NCBI GenBank assembly: GCA_964344235.1 | Contig: CAYFMJ010000005.1 | Coordinates: forward strand, 1-45,797 | Reading direction: 5' to 3' | Length of the DNA stretch: 45,797 nucleotides | DNA from: an uncultured Methanosarcinales archaeon | Lineage (GTDB): Archaea > Nanobdellota > Nanobdellia > Woesearchaeales > GW2011-AR9 | Part shown: positions 26,035 through 35,472 of the stretch, piece after piece | Numbering within the stretch: position 1 is the stretch's first letter | Layout: each line of letters begins with the position of its first letter | Program-made: the position numbers and the translations under genes | The notes under the pieces: generated by a model | The model's database searches: none | What the model saw: only the letters and a program-made list of their open reading frames with translations | What the model was told of the DNA's origin: nothing

Positions 26035-26766
26035 CTTCCACAACTGCGTAAAGAATTGTCTAAATGATTGAGCAGTGTTTTTATCATAAATTAATATGCA
26101 AGAAGGAGAATCACCATAGTTAAGAATCAATGTCTTATCTTCCCCAAAAATATCAACAGTTACAGGAGTTATGCCAGTTAATACTCTTGCTTGAGTATAT
26201 TTGCTTCTGATGAATTTTTTGTAATATTTGCTTTTCTCTGAGAAGATCATTTTCTGAGATATTTTTTGATTGATTCTTTGCGTCTGCCACCTTTCCCAGA
26301 ATTTATTGAATTTTTCATCTTTGGATTCTGTTACGCCCATCGCAAGAATGTCCTCTTTTGGTTTCATGGCAGCTAACGCCTCGTCCGCTGCGGTTTTAAT
26401 TCCTCGTAAACCAGTGTACGTAACAGACTTTGTTTCTTTTGTCGTAAGATTCCTTAACTTCTCTAATTCTGGAAGGGCGGACTTTACAATGGATTCTTCT
26501 TTTTCCAGTTCTTCTTTCTTGTCTTTAATATATTCTAGGATTTGCGATGGAGGGGCAGCTGTAAAGTACTTGACATTATTAATGAGAGATTCGCTTAGAA
26601 GTCCCTTGACTTTAAGGCTTTCAAGAATTTCATATATTTTTCCTGAATTTAATCTTGATTTCTTGAGAATCTCTCCAGTTTTAGACGTCCCTAACTGTAA
26701 TAATGTTTGATAAACTACGCTCTCGTTCTTAGTTAATCCTATTTTTTCAAGTACTTTCAACTCCAT
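26023..26766 (-). CDS. TrmB-family regulator (paralog 2)
   Basis: LEKIGLTKNESVVYQTLL...SGKIYEILESL..KGL. Confidence 0.9.
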   Translation of the reverse strand: MELKVLEKIGLTKNESVVYQTLLQLGTSKTGEILKKSRLNSGKIYEILESLKVKGLLSESLINNVKYFTAAPPSQILEYIKDKKEELEKEESIVKSALPELEKLRNLTTKETKSVTYTGLRGIKTAADEALAAMKPKEDILAMGVTESKDEKFNKFWERWQTQRINQKISQKMIFSEKSKYYKKFIRSKYTQARVLTGITPVTVDIFGEDKTLILNYGDSPSCILIYDKNTAQSFRQFFTQLWKLAK

Positions 26767-26941
26767 TTTGATTTATTTGATGGGGGTTTATTTAAATCTT
26801 CCTGTTGCTCTACACTTGGTGGGGGGAATTGTTTAAATAAACGCCGGTTGCTATTTGTTAGTAGAAATAAAGAATGAAATTGAAGATGAAAATGGATATC
26901 ATGGAAAGCGACGTGGAATATAAGGATCAGGAAGAACGATT

Positions 26942-27208
26942 AGATTAAAATGGAGCCACATGGAAGATCGCCAAAAATATGATTTACTTAAAGAAGTCGC
27001 TAAGGTAACTATGCCTGTTCTCATGATCGTTGGCGATGAAGATGATATAACACCCGCAGAGCATCAACAAATCTTTTATGATAAACTGCAAGGGGAGAAA
27101 GAATTTCATATTATCAAAGGAGTAGATCATAACTTTCGGAAAAAAGAGCACTTAGATGAGATTAAAGAAATAATGAAGAAGTGGATAGAGAGATGGAACC
27201 AAAAATAA
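26942..27208 (+). pseudogene. C-terminal fragment of an alpha/beta hydrolase
   Basis: PVLMIVGDEDDITP and IIKGVDHNF (Asp and His of the triad) are present. There is an in-frame TAA at 26921 and no GxSxG upstream. Confidence 0.6.
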
Positions 27209-27711
27209 TTAATCCAGCTAATAGTATTACATTTGTAAGATTATTACTTGGATTTGGGCTACTCTACTTTCTTTATGCTCAAAATAAGATTGTAAGCATT
27301 GTACTGTATCTAATTTTCCTTTTGTTAGATTATGTTGATGGCTTTGTTGCTAGAAAACTAAATTGTGAAACAACCTTTGGCAAGAACTTCGATTTTATTA
27401 CTGACGGTGGTGTTGGATTTGCAGCAGCGTTGATCCTAATTACACAAGGAATTATACCATTGGACTACGTTCTTTTGATTGCAGGAGCAATTTTTCTTCT
27501 GACAGTGGCCGTTATCTGGGGTTTTCATATTAGGAAGAACACTTTTATACCAGCAAAGTGGGGAAAAATCAATGGTGCGATTTTCTATCTTATTTTGTTA
27601 TTGTTTGTGATTAATGCTCAATGGTCTGTAACTGTTGCATATGTACTATTAGTGTATGTTTATGTTTCCAGAATCAAGCACTTGATGGAGATATATTCTA
27701 TTTCTAAGTAG
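27193..27711 (+). CDS. CDP-alcohol phosphatidyltransferase
   Basis: PANSITFVRL and LDYVDGFVARKLNCETTFGKNFDFITD signature. Confidence 0.9.
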   Translation: MEPKIINPANSITFVRLLLGFGLLYFLYAQNKIVSIVLYLIFLLLDYVDGFVARKLNCETTFGKNFDFITDGGVGFAAALILITQGIIPLDYVLLIAGAIFLLTVAVIWGFHIRKNTFIPAKWGKINGAIFYLILLLFVINAQWSVTVAYVLLVYVYVSRIKHLMEIYSISK

Positions 27712-27719
27712 CCGAATGC

Positions 27720-28133
27720 TCAAATAATCCTGCCCAAATCCCCATGAATAATAATCGGCTTTACCGCTTCAATTTCCGTTTTGCAGTAAGGCATTTCTGG
27801 AATTGGGTTTAGCATAAACACTTTTTGATTAAGTACATGAGCAAAACCAATTTCCATTAACGTATTGCCTCCGACATAATTCTGCACTCCATTCTTATCA
27901 TAATTCAGAACGAGAACTGCATCCGCCCCTTGCATAGCGTTCCAAAATTCACGAATAGCGTCCATGTTATACTTTTGATGCAGTTTAATCTCTTCTATTT
28001 CATCACTGTTTTTGCCCACCATTGCTTTGTGCAAATCCGTAACAAACGCATCATGTCCTAGTGCTCGAAGCTGCTCTTGTACTTCAAGCATTTTGTCTGT
28101 AAATTGCATAGAACCTATGATGCCGATTTTCAT
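27720..28133 (-). CDS. Nucleoside 2-deoxyribosyltransferase-like (NDT fold) protein
   Basis: ADAVLVLN...YVGGNTLMEIGFA...KVFML pattern. Confidence 0.6.
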   Translation of the reverse strand: MKIGIIGSMQFTDKMLEVQEQLRALGHDAFVTDLHKAMVGKNSDEIEEIKLHQKYNMDAIREFWNAMQGADAVLVLNYDKNGVQNYVGGNTLMEIGFAHVLNQKVFMLNPIPEMPYCKTEIEAVKPIIIHGDLGRII

Positions 28134-28213
28134 GACAGGAGAAGCATGGGGTTTATTATAAATGTAACTGTGCCAGCATGGCTACTTTTCATCTTCTGCA
28201 AACAAATCATTTC

Positions 28214-29365
28214 TTACAAAGCACTATACCTAGCAAACCTTTCCTCAGCCTCTCGCTTTTTCTCTTTAATCTGTGCCATTAATTCATCACCTAAATCATA
28301 TGCTTTTACGAGGTCTTCAGCATGCCAATAACGACCCCACATCAGAAAATTATCAAAAGCATCCATAAGTATGGGTCGGAGCTTTCCATCGTTTTGTAGG
28401 CCAAATTTCTCTTGCACGTGGCGAGCTTCATCTATTAAGCCACGTATATAAGCAGTTTTATTATTTAACACGGCAGCAAAGTATCTTCTGGCAGCTTCTT
28501 TTTTGCCTTTCAGATTAAAATCTTTGCCAAGAACAGCTGCATCACGATAATTTCGAAGGGCAACGTATCGATCTAAGCCATGCTTTGCTAACCTCCTTGC
28601 AAGTGCGTACTTTCCTTGCGTACGAAAATTACGGGCTGCCTCTGCCCACTGATCTCCATTAATCTGTGTAGCGTCCTCCATGCTGTCAATGTCGTTGGCT
28701 GCAAGATCAGCATATCCCGCATTCATTAACACTTCGGCACGATAGAATAAAGCTTTGTCCCTATACTCTTCCTGAGAAGCTTGCATAGTTAAATCACACA
28801 ACCGCCCAAGATCAATAGTGCCCTTTTCTTTACAATATACTAATGTAAGCAATTCAGACACATCACGAGCTACGCCACGGTTTCCACTGTATGCACCAAA
28901 GCCATTGGGATGTGTATTCTCAATCGCTATTTCGCTCCCTTCAGCTATAAGTAAACTTTTCACATGATTGCGCTCTGAAATTATTTCTAAATCCAATCCT
29001 GATTTAAGACCGAGAATGGAATATAAAGAAGTCAAACCAACACAATTGCCAACTTCACTATCACCAGCAAGTTGCGCGTCGATAACCTCATCAAGCCTGA
29101 AATTCCCATTATATCGTTGTGGTCTGTCTCTCCAAAGGAATTCGTGCAATAATTTTGCTGTTTGAATCTGTTTCAAAAACGGATCAGAAATTTCCTGCGT
29201 TCTTCCTTCTGTAAACTCTTCAAACTGGCCATGTAACCTATCTCGTTTGTGTTCGTATTCTTCTATTTTGCTATCGGTTAGACCGATTTGGCAAAGCAAG
29301 GCCTGCGTTAATGAGTACGGTTCTCCGTCCACTATTTGCTGCACTACTTGATCTTTGATTGTCAT
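28214..29365 (-). CDS. Transglutaminase-like (SirB1/Transglut_core2-type) domain plus TPR-like helices
   Basis: GNCVGLTSLY...RNHV...IENT Cys-His pattern; helical repeats at the C-terminus. Confidence 0.6.
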   Translation of the reverse strand: MTIKDQVVQQIVDGEPYSLTQALLCQIGLTDSKIEEYEHKRDRLHGQFEEFTEGRTQEISDPFLKQIQTAKLLHEFLWRDRPQRYNGNFRLDEVIDAQLAGDSEVGNCVGLTSLYSILGLKSGLDLEIISERNHVKSLLIAEGSEIAIENTHPNGFGAYSGNRGVARDVSELLTLVYCKEKGTIDLGRLCDLTMQASQEEYRDKALFYRAEVLMNAGYADLAANDIDSMEDATQINGDQWAEAARNFRTQGKYALARRLAKHGLDRYVALRNYRDAAVLGKDFNLKGKKEAARRYFAAVLNNKTAYIRGLIDEARHVQEKFGLQNDGKLRPILMDAFDNFLMWGRYWHAEDLVKAYDLGDELMAQIKEKKREAEERFARYSAL

Positions 29366-29408
29366 CTTGTTATTTACAAGTGACAAAAGAGAAACATTTA
29401 AATACTAC

Positions 29409-29430
29409 CATTAGTAACGTGCTACTAATG
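29409..29430. promoter_or_regulatory. Perfect 8-bp inverted repeat over the TrmB-3 start site
   Basis: CATTAGTA-N6-TACTAATG; the right arm includes the ATG; TATA box at 29397-29403. Confidence 0.6.
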
Positions 29431-30174
29431 TTAGAGAAGTTACGTAAATTAGGATTAAGTCCGTATGAGTCAAAGTGCTACTTAGCTTTGGTTAGATATG
29501 GCAATCTTCTCGGAAAAGACATTGCGAAGAAATCCGGTGTTCCTCCAACATCTGTATACAGGAACTTAGAAACTCTGCAAAAAAGAGGATTTGTACAGAT
29601 TGTCCAGAAAGAACCGCTTGTGTATCAGGCAGTTGATCCAGAGATTGCGATCAAAACGCATGTGAAATCTCAAAAAGAAGAATTGGATGATCTTCAGTCC
29701 TCAACAATTTCTAAATTACAATCAGTAAAGAAGACCGGAGTTGTTGAAAAGCAAGAAGAAGTTTTGGAAGTCTATGCAGGCAGGGAACAATCCTACAAAA
29801 TTGGAAAGAAATTAATTCAGCAGGCCAGAAAAGAATTCTTACTTATTGGAAGAGGAACACAACGATCCATACTTGATTTAATCCATACAATGAAGTCTGC
29901 TGTAAAGAAGGGAGTTGTCTGTAAATTTCTTATCACAACGTACAAAGGAAATGAAAATTTGGTTCATGAACTAAAGAAAACAGGTATAAAGATAAAACAT
30001 CTTCCTCTAACAGGATTTTCGTTATTGGTTAAAGATAGAGACGAATCACAAATTGTGATTAAAAATTCTAAATTAAAAGAAGAGAGAGTTGTTTTGCGAA
30101 TCAAAAACAAAGAATTATCACAAGCACATGCCCATTACTTTGATTCAATGTGGAGAAAGGGAACGCCGGTTTAG
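29428..30174 (+). CDS. TrmB-family regulator (paralog 3)
   Basis: LRKLGLSPYESKCYLAL...SGVPPTSVYRNLETLQKRGFV; C-terminal PLD-like sensor fold. Confidence 0.92.
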   Translation: MLEKLRKLGLSPYESKCYLALVRYGNLLGKDIAKKSGVPPTSVYRNLETLQKRGFVQIVQKEPLVYQAVDPEIAIKTHVKSQKEELDDLQSSTISKLQSVKKTGVVEKQEEVLEVYAGREQSYKIGKKLIQQARKEFLLIGRGTQRSILDLIHTMKSAVKKGVVCKFLITTYKGNENLVHELKKTGIKIKHLPLTGFSLLVKDRDESQIVIKNSKLKEERVVLRIKNKELSQAHAHYFDSMWRKGTPV

Positions 30175-30701
30175 CGTGTTTCTATTACAACTTCTGAAAT
30201 TTCACCAAGGCGCTGCGTTTCTGTTCTGTTGTAATGATCTATTTCTCTTTGGAAGCTGTTAATTAATTCTCGTAAGGTTAGCTTAGGAAATGTTTGCAGC
30301 AGTTCTGCTCCTCCGTGGTATGTTCTTGGTGGATTATCAATCCACCTGCCTCCAGCTTTTAGCACAACAGAACCCGCATCACGAACTACCTTGTAAGGAG
30401 TTGCCTGATTAAAATTGTCGTAGGCAGCTACCGAAAGATCTGGAGTTCTGACGGTAAAATTCTTTGCTGCAAAACCGTCTTTTGTGTACAGAAGCTGTTG
30501 CACACCATTATAGCCACGCAGCCCAGACCGATTATTGAGTGGCCGCAGCCTAAAACTACCAAATCCTGCTGCATTGTGTGGGTCTGCTAACTTACGTAAT
30601 ATCTCACTCACGTGCAAGGCCACAGCGACTTTGTAAAATTGCTGTCTTTTGCGGAAGATGTCCTCTGCTTCCTCTTCCAGTGATTTAACGATTTCTTTCA
30701 T
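30171..30701 (-). CDS. Hypothetical protein (176 aa)
   Basis: Open ORF in an overlapping three-gene run. Confidence 0.6.
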   Translation of the reverse strand: MKEIVKSLEEEAEDIFRKRQQFYKVAVALHVSEILRKLADPHNAAGFGSFRLRPLNNRSGLRGYNGVQQLLYTKDGFAAKNFTVRTPDLSVAAYDNFNQATPYKVVRDAGSVVLKAGGRWIDNPPRTYHGGAELLQTFPKLTLRELINSFQREIDHYNRTETQRLGEISEVVIETR

Positions 30702-31233
30702 TCTCTACCTGTGCAATCAGACTGGCTAATTTTTTCTCATCAGATTCAATCCCTAACTCTTTATGTCTTCTGGGGTTTATCCTGTAATATAAAACAGGTA
30801 AAACTGAATAACCATGTTCTTGATGCATTCCAGCTACGCCTGCGCCAAGAAGATAAGCATTTGCTACTCTCGGCCCTCCTGTTGCAGCTTCAATTACTGC
30901 TCTCAGTTCACCATCCACATAATCAAAAGAATAATCCTTACCCAACGCAAGCTTAGTCTCCATTCTTGTCAATAAACTTCTGAAACTGTAAACATTTCCA
31001 CAAGATAAGGAGAATAATCTATTATCTTGGTTAGGATATAAACCACGGAATGGATTAACATTCCACGCAGCTTCTATGATTCTTGGTTCACAAGTCAAGT
31101 CAGCATTAACTCTATTTCCCTCAGCATCAACTAAAAAACGTTTGCCTCTTCTTCCTTCCTCTATATACAATCTTCTATTTACAATTCTGTTAACCTTAAC
31201 CAGTTCTGCTATCGGCGGAATTTTACGAGTCAT
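30685..31233 (-). CDS. Hypothetical protein (182 aa)
   Basis: Open ORF, ATGA-coupled to the upstream gene. Confidence 0.6.
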   Translation of the reverse strand: MTRKIPPIAELVKVNRIVNRRLYIEEGRRGKRFLVDAEGNRVNADLTCEPRIIEAAWNVNPFRGLYPNQDNRLFSLSCGNVYSFRSLLTRMETKLALGKDYSFDYVDGELRAVIEAATGGPRVANAYLLGAGVAGMHQEHGYSVLPVLYYRINPRRHKELGIESDEKKLASLIAQVENERNR

Positions 31234-31523
31234 TTTTCATCTCTAGTTTCAATTAATTCCTTAGCGTGATCCAAAATCATGTGATAAACAGAAGAACCGT
31301 CTTTGGTCAGTACAACCGAGGGAGTTTCCATCTTTTTGCCATTACCATTATGCGTCTGATACATCAGAATCCCTTTATCCGCTAAATAACATACAACGTC
31401 GTAAGAGATTCCAAGCCTGTCAAATAAAACCCCGCCACCACCTGCATTTGCTAATTCAATTGATTTTTCATTAATCTTAATGAGAGCTTCAAGTACGGGT
31501 TCTATGAATTTTCGTCTGTTCAT
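31230..31523 (-). CDS. Hypothetical protein (97 aa), possible winged helix
   Basis: Open ORF divergent from TrmB-4; YLADKGIL...VVLTKDG pattern. Confidence 0.55.
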   Translation of the reverse strand: MNRRKFIEPVLEALIKINEKSIELANAGGGGVLFDRLGISYDVVCYLADKGILMYQTHNGNGKKMETPSVVLTKDGSSVYHMILDHAKELIETRDEK

Positions 31524-31626
31524 TGTACTACTTTAAAGAAACGACTTCTCCAGAATATAAATTTTCTCTCCCTCTTAGTGAGGTGTAATTAGAAAATTTT
31601 AAATAAAATGCTGTGTTTTTGTCAGT

Positions 31627-32373
31627 ATGAACCAAAAATTGTTAGAGGATATTGGACTTACGAAAGGAGAGATTACAGTTTATCTTACCTTGTTGAAGTT
31701 AGGTGAAACAACCACTGGGAAAATTATAAAACAAGCTCAAATATCAAGCGGTAAAATCTATGAAATTCTGGATAAGCTAATTCAAAAAGGTTTAGTGAGT
31801 TTCATCTTAAAAGACAAGACCAAATATTTCAGTGCTTGCTCTCCGCAACGTATTGTAGATTATGTCGATGAAAAAGAAAGGAAGTTGCATGAGGAAAAAG
31901 AGCAATTACAGAAAGAGTTACCGTACTTGTTGTCTTTACAAAAAGAAGGTATTAAATCATCAGAAACAAGATTGTTCAAAGGGTTTAAGGGTTTCAAAAC
32001 TGCTATTTATGAAGCTCTTGATCAGTTAACGTCAAAAGATGAAGTTATTGGTATGGGCATTCTGTCTACCAAAGGCAAGCAGTATAACAGGATGTGGCAG
32101 CACTGGCATAAAGAGAGAATTAAACGGAAGATTAGATGTCGGGTGCTTTTTTCAGACAGGAAAACCAACTATTATCAACTATTTACCAAAATGAAATTTA
32201 CCCAAGTAAAAGTGTTGCAGGGCATTACGCCGGCAGCTATTGATGTAATGGGCGATAGAGCATTAATTTTAACACACGGCAAAGAGCCTTCTGTGTTGGT
32301 AATTGACAATAAAGAAATAGCTCAATCGTTTACCACGTTTTTTGAGAGTTTGTGGGGGAATGCGAAGGATTAA
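31627..32373 (+). CDS. TrmB-family regulator (paralog 4)
   Basis: LEDIGLTKGEITVYLTLL...SSGKIYEILDKLIQKGLV; closest to paralog 2 (GITP motif). Confidence 0.92.
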   Translation: MNQKLLEDIGLTKGEITVYLTLLKLGETTTGKIIKQAQISSGKIYEILDKLIQKGLVSFILKDKTKYFSACSPQRIVDYVDEKERKLHEEKEQLQKELPYLLSLQKEGIKSSETRLFKGFKGFKTAIYEALDQLTSKDEVIGMGILSTKGKQYNRMWQHWHKERIKRKIRCRVLFSDRKTNYYQLFTKMKFTQVKVLQGITPAAIDVMGDRALILTHGKEPSVLVIDNKEIAQSFTTFFESLWGNAKD

Positions 32374-32393
32374 ACACAGAAATTGACAACTCC

Positions 32394-32678
32394 TTACCTT
32401 TTCACATACACTGCCCTCAATTCAGGAAAGTGTATTCTTTCTAATTCTGTGCCCGGTGCTCCATAGGCATCTTCAATTCTAACATCCACAAAGCCCATAT
32501 CCAAATATTCTTGACGTAATTCTTCATCTGTTCTTTTAGGAACTCTAACATCAACTGTTACTTTTTCTGGTCGTCCTAGGAAGAACGGATCTCTTTCCAC
32601 TTGAATAGTTTTTATGTCAGGTTCTATGTTTGTTATCCATTCCCAACCTTCTGCTTCTAATTGTTTTCTTAAGTTCAT
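32394..32678 (-). CDS. Hypothetical protein (94 aa)
   Basis: Open ORF, coupled to the upstream ORF. Confidence 0.55.
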   Translation of the reverse strand: MNLRKQLEAEGWEWITNIEPDIKTIQVERDPFFLGRPEKVTVDVRVPKRTDEELRQEYLDMGFVDVRIEDAYGAPGTELERIHFPELRAVYVKR

Positions 32679-32947
32679 TCTACATTTCCCTGTGACTTTC
32701 TTTTCCTCTCTTTCCTCTTCCTCCTCTCCATCGTCTTCTTCACCTCTTCAATCGACACCTTACTTACTCTAAGGTTTTGTAAGGAAGCAAGCAAATTAGT
32801 TATATACTCAGAACCTCCAATCCCTTTCAGATTCTCCTGCCAATTGAGAAATGAGTTAACGGCTTCCTGATCTGTTGAACCTTTAAACGAGTCGCCGCCA
32901 TAGGATACAAACATCACTCCAGTAGGCAGTTCTGGGGCTAATTTCAT
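32675..32947 (-). CDS. Hypothetical protein with basic C-terminus
   Basis: Open ORF overlapping the upstream ORF by 65 nt. Confidence 0.45.
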   Translation of the reverse strand: MKLAPELPTGVMFVSYGGDSFKGSTDQEAVNSFLNWQENLKGIGGSEYITNLLASLQNLRVSKVSIEEVKKTMERRKRKERKRKSQGNVE

Positions 32948-33158
32948 TTGCCTTCAAAATTTGGTCTAGAATCAGTTCCTGTTGGGAGTATCTCGATACC
33001 CCATACTTCTTGGCTTTTGTTACACCTTTCCTTCCAATTCTTCGTAGCATTGGACGTAGAATTCTTTCCTCAGATGTGCCTACACTCTCACTAGCGAGCT
33101 TCTTAACAAACTCTACCTTATCAAAAAGGTTCATATTGTTCCGAAGATATTTTTTCAT
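32883..33158 (-). CDS. Diverged, truncated paralog of the element protein at 11384-11830
   Basis: NLFDKVEFVK vs SIFDRVYEIK; QELILDQILKANEISPRTAYW vs AERILYDLLLKLDLNPSTTYRW; GGAGG SD. Confidence 0.55.
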   Translation of the reverse strand: MKKYLRNNMNLFDKVEFVKKLASESVGTSEERILRPMLRRIGRKGVTKAKKYGVSRYSQQELILDQILKANEISPRTAYWSDVCILWRRLV

Positions 33159-33239
33159 TTCCATACCTCCGACATAAAAGAATTCACTATAAGAAAAGTA
33201 ACGGATTTTCGTGCCGACAAATGGAAAGAATAAGAAGTG

Positions 33240-33275
33240 TAAAGTATGGCTCAACTAGAGAGGAGCCATATTTTA
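33240..33275. repeat. 13-bp inverted repeat (1 mismatch, 10-nt spacer)
   Basis: TAAAGTATGGCTC and GAGCCATATTTTA; a third partial copy, GAGCCATTT, at 33286. Confidence 0.6.
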
Positions 33276-33367
33276 CCTGAAAAATGAGCCATTTATAAAT
33301 ATTTCTGAATCCTCAGAGCGTATACTGAAGATAGAATTATAAAGACAAAAACGATACTAAAACGATA

Positions 33368-33778
33368 ATGAAAACAAAAAAAAGAGGTTTCGCGTACTTT
33401 TACTTCGCTCTTGTAGCAGCCTCAGCAATAATGGTACTTCTCAGTACAACATTTCACCTCACTAGCCAGACCTCCATTATCACTAATTTAGCAAGCTCCA
33501 CCAGTGCATTTGCAGTATTTCTCCTAAGCATCGCTATCTTTCCAATTCTCCATCACAATAGCCATAAGATTTTGTATGTCCTGCCGACATATTTTCTCTT
33601 CAAGTATACTATTTTCGTTGCAGTCAGTGTAGCACTCTTATACATTCAGAACATTCCGGGACTTGTTGATACGATTCTCATTATTACAATCATTCTCACG
33701 GCGCTCTTTGAACTTGGTTTTAGTGGAGCATTACTGTTTCGCATCCACACACTTCATTTATTCGAAAAAAAAGAGTAA
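33368..33778 (+). CDS. Four-TM membrane protein
   Basis: Four hydrophobic segments. Confidence 0.65.
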   Translation: MKTKKRGFAYFYFALVAASAIMVLLSTTFHLTSQTSIITNLASSTSAFAVFLLSIAIFPILHHNSHKILYVLPTYFLFKYTIFVAVSVALLYIQNIPGLVDTILIITIILTALFELGFSGALLFRIHTLHLFEKKE

Positions 33779-33780
33779 AG

Positions 33781-35472
33781 TTACATCTCGTGTGGTGCTT
33801 TAATTCCCAACAAATTCAACCCATTCTCAAGAACTTGTCTTGTACAATCTACTAACAGAAGTCGAGCTTTCATCAGATTTCTATCGTCCACCATCACATG
33901 ATGTTTATGATAAAATTCATTGAATAATTGTGATAGTTTTAACAAATACTGAGCAAGAAGATACGGTTTAAACTCTTGTCCTGCAAGCATTATAGTTTCC
34001 GAAAATTTTGAAAGATGTAAAATGAGGTTTTTCTCTGCATCCTCTTGTAACAAGTCAAAACTAACACCGGCAGTAACACTTTGGTTTGCCTTCCGCAGAA
34101 TGCTAGAAGCCCGCGCATGAGCATATTGAACATACGGTCCCGTATCTCCTTCAAAGTCAAGAGCTCTTTCCCAATCAAACGTTAAAGTCTTTTTGTTTTC
34201 CCTTGAAATCATTCCATATTTAATCGCTCCAAACGTAATCATCTCAGCCCGCAACTCCACTTCAGAATCTGAGATCTCTGTGTGTCTTCTACGGATCTCC
34301 TTACGAGCATGATTCATCGATTCTTCATACAGATTATGATACAAAATCATTGTTCCCAACCGAGAGCTCATTTTCCCTTCAGGAAGATTAACTAAGCCAT
34401 AACTAACATGTGTTGACTTATTAGCCATCGGAGATTTCATCAATTCGTAGGTTTTGAAGACTTGTTTGAAAAACAATTCTTGTTCTGACCCAACAACGTG
34501 AATACTTTTGTCAAATTTGTACTTATACTGTTTAAGTTTAGCCAAACCGATTTCCTTTCCTTGATACGTAGGGTTTCCTTTACCAGTAATCCCCACATAC
34601 ACTCCTAAATTAAACTCATTAAGATCAACAACTATGGCTCCCTGGCTAATTTTTGCTACTCCTAGCTCTAGCAATTTCTCAAATTCTTCTTTCCCTACTG
34701 GTGCAGCTTCACTTTCAAAGAAAAGAGAATCAAACTGAACACCAAACTGTTGGTAAAACACATTAAAATCATCTAAGCACCATTCCCTTGTCTTTCGCCA
34801 TACATCTTCTATACTTGGATCATGTTCGTAAATTTTGGTATTAAGTTTTTGTATCTCTAGCTCAAGCTCTGGCTTTTCTTTTAAGAGTGCGCTTACTTTA
34901 GCATAAAGTTTACCAAGCCAAATACCTTTGTGTTCTCCAGGTTCTTCCTCTTTAAGATTAAGGTAACCCCAAACACATTTCGCGACATGCGGCCCAATAT
35001 CTCCTTGATAATTAACACGAATTACGTTTTTACCGATTGCCTCAAGAAGGTTGCAAATGGCTGCCCCCATAGAAATGTTTCTAATATGTCCTATATGAAC
35101 GCCTTTATGAGTATTTGCGTGAAAAAACTCCACCATATATGTTTCTGACTTAGTCTTCGAAGTTCCATAACGCGACGCCCGTTTATAGATCTGATTAAGG
35201 GTTTCTTTTGCAAGCACAACAGGATTCAAAAAGAAATTTACATACGGCCCGGCAACTTTTACTTCTTTCAGAAAATCTGGTCTCCCCGCATCTTCAATAC
35301 TTTTTTGCAACTTCTCTGCTTCTTCTTTAGGATTTTTGCCTAACGTAAAACAGGGAAATGCATAGTCTCCCAACTTCGAGTCTGGTGGAACCGCCAATAA
35401 TTTATCGATCTGTTCTTCAGACTTCCCTGTAACCTCAACTAGAACATTCACTACTTCTTGCCGGAAATCCAT
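33781..35472 (-). CDS. argS: Arginine--tRNA ligase
   Basis: GDYAFPCF, HIGHIRN, GKMSSR, GPYVQYAHARASSI and FNEFYHKH. Confidence 0.97.
   Translation of the reverse strand: MDFRQEVVNVLVEVTGKSEEQIDKLLAVPPDSKLGDYAFPCFTLGKNPKEEAEKLQKSIEDAGRPDFLKEVKVAGPYVNFFLNPVVLAKETLNQIYKRASRYGTSKTKSETYMVEFFHANTHKGVHIGHIRNISMGAAICNLLEAIGKNVIRVNYQGDIGPHVAKCVWGYLNLKEEEPGEHKGIWLGKLYAKVSALLKEKPELELEIQKLNTKIYEHDPSIEDVWRKTREWCLDDFNVFYQQFGVQFDSLFFESEAAPVGKEEFEKLLELGVAKISQGAIVVDLNEFNLGVYVGITGKGNPTYQGKEIGLAKLKQYKYKFDKSIHVVGSEQELFFKQVFKTYELMKSPMANKSTHVSYGLVNLPEGKMSSRLGTMILYHNLYEESMNHARKEIRRRHTEISDSEVELRAEMITFGAIKYGMISRENKKTLTFDWERALDFEGDTGPYVQYAHARASSILRKANQSVTAGVSFDLLQEDAEKNLILHLSKFSETIMLAGQEFKPYLLAQYLLKLSQLFNEFYHKHHVMVDDRNLMKARLLLVDCTRQVLENGLNLLGIKAPHEM

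Noticed and set aside
33348-33367. AAAACGATA repeated twice before the 33368 ORF
   Set aside because: Short, A-rich and without supporting context.
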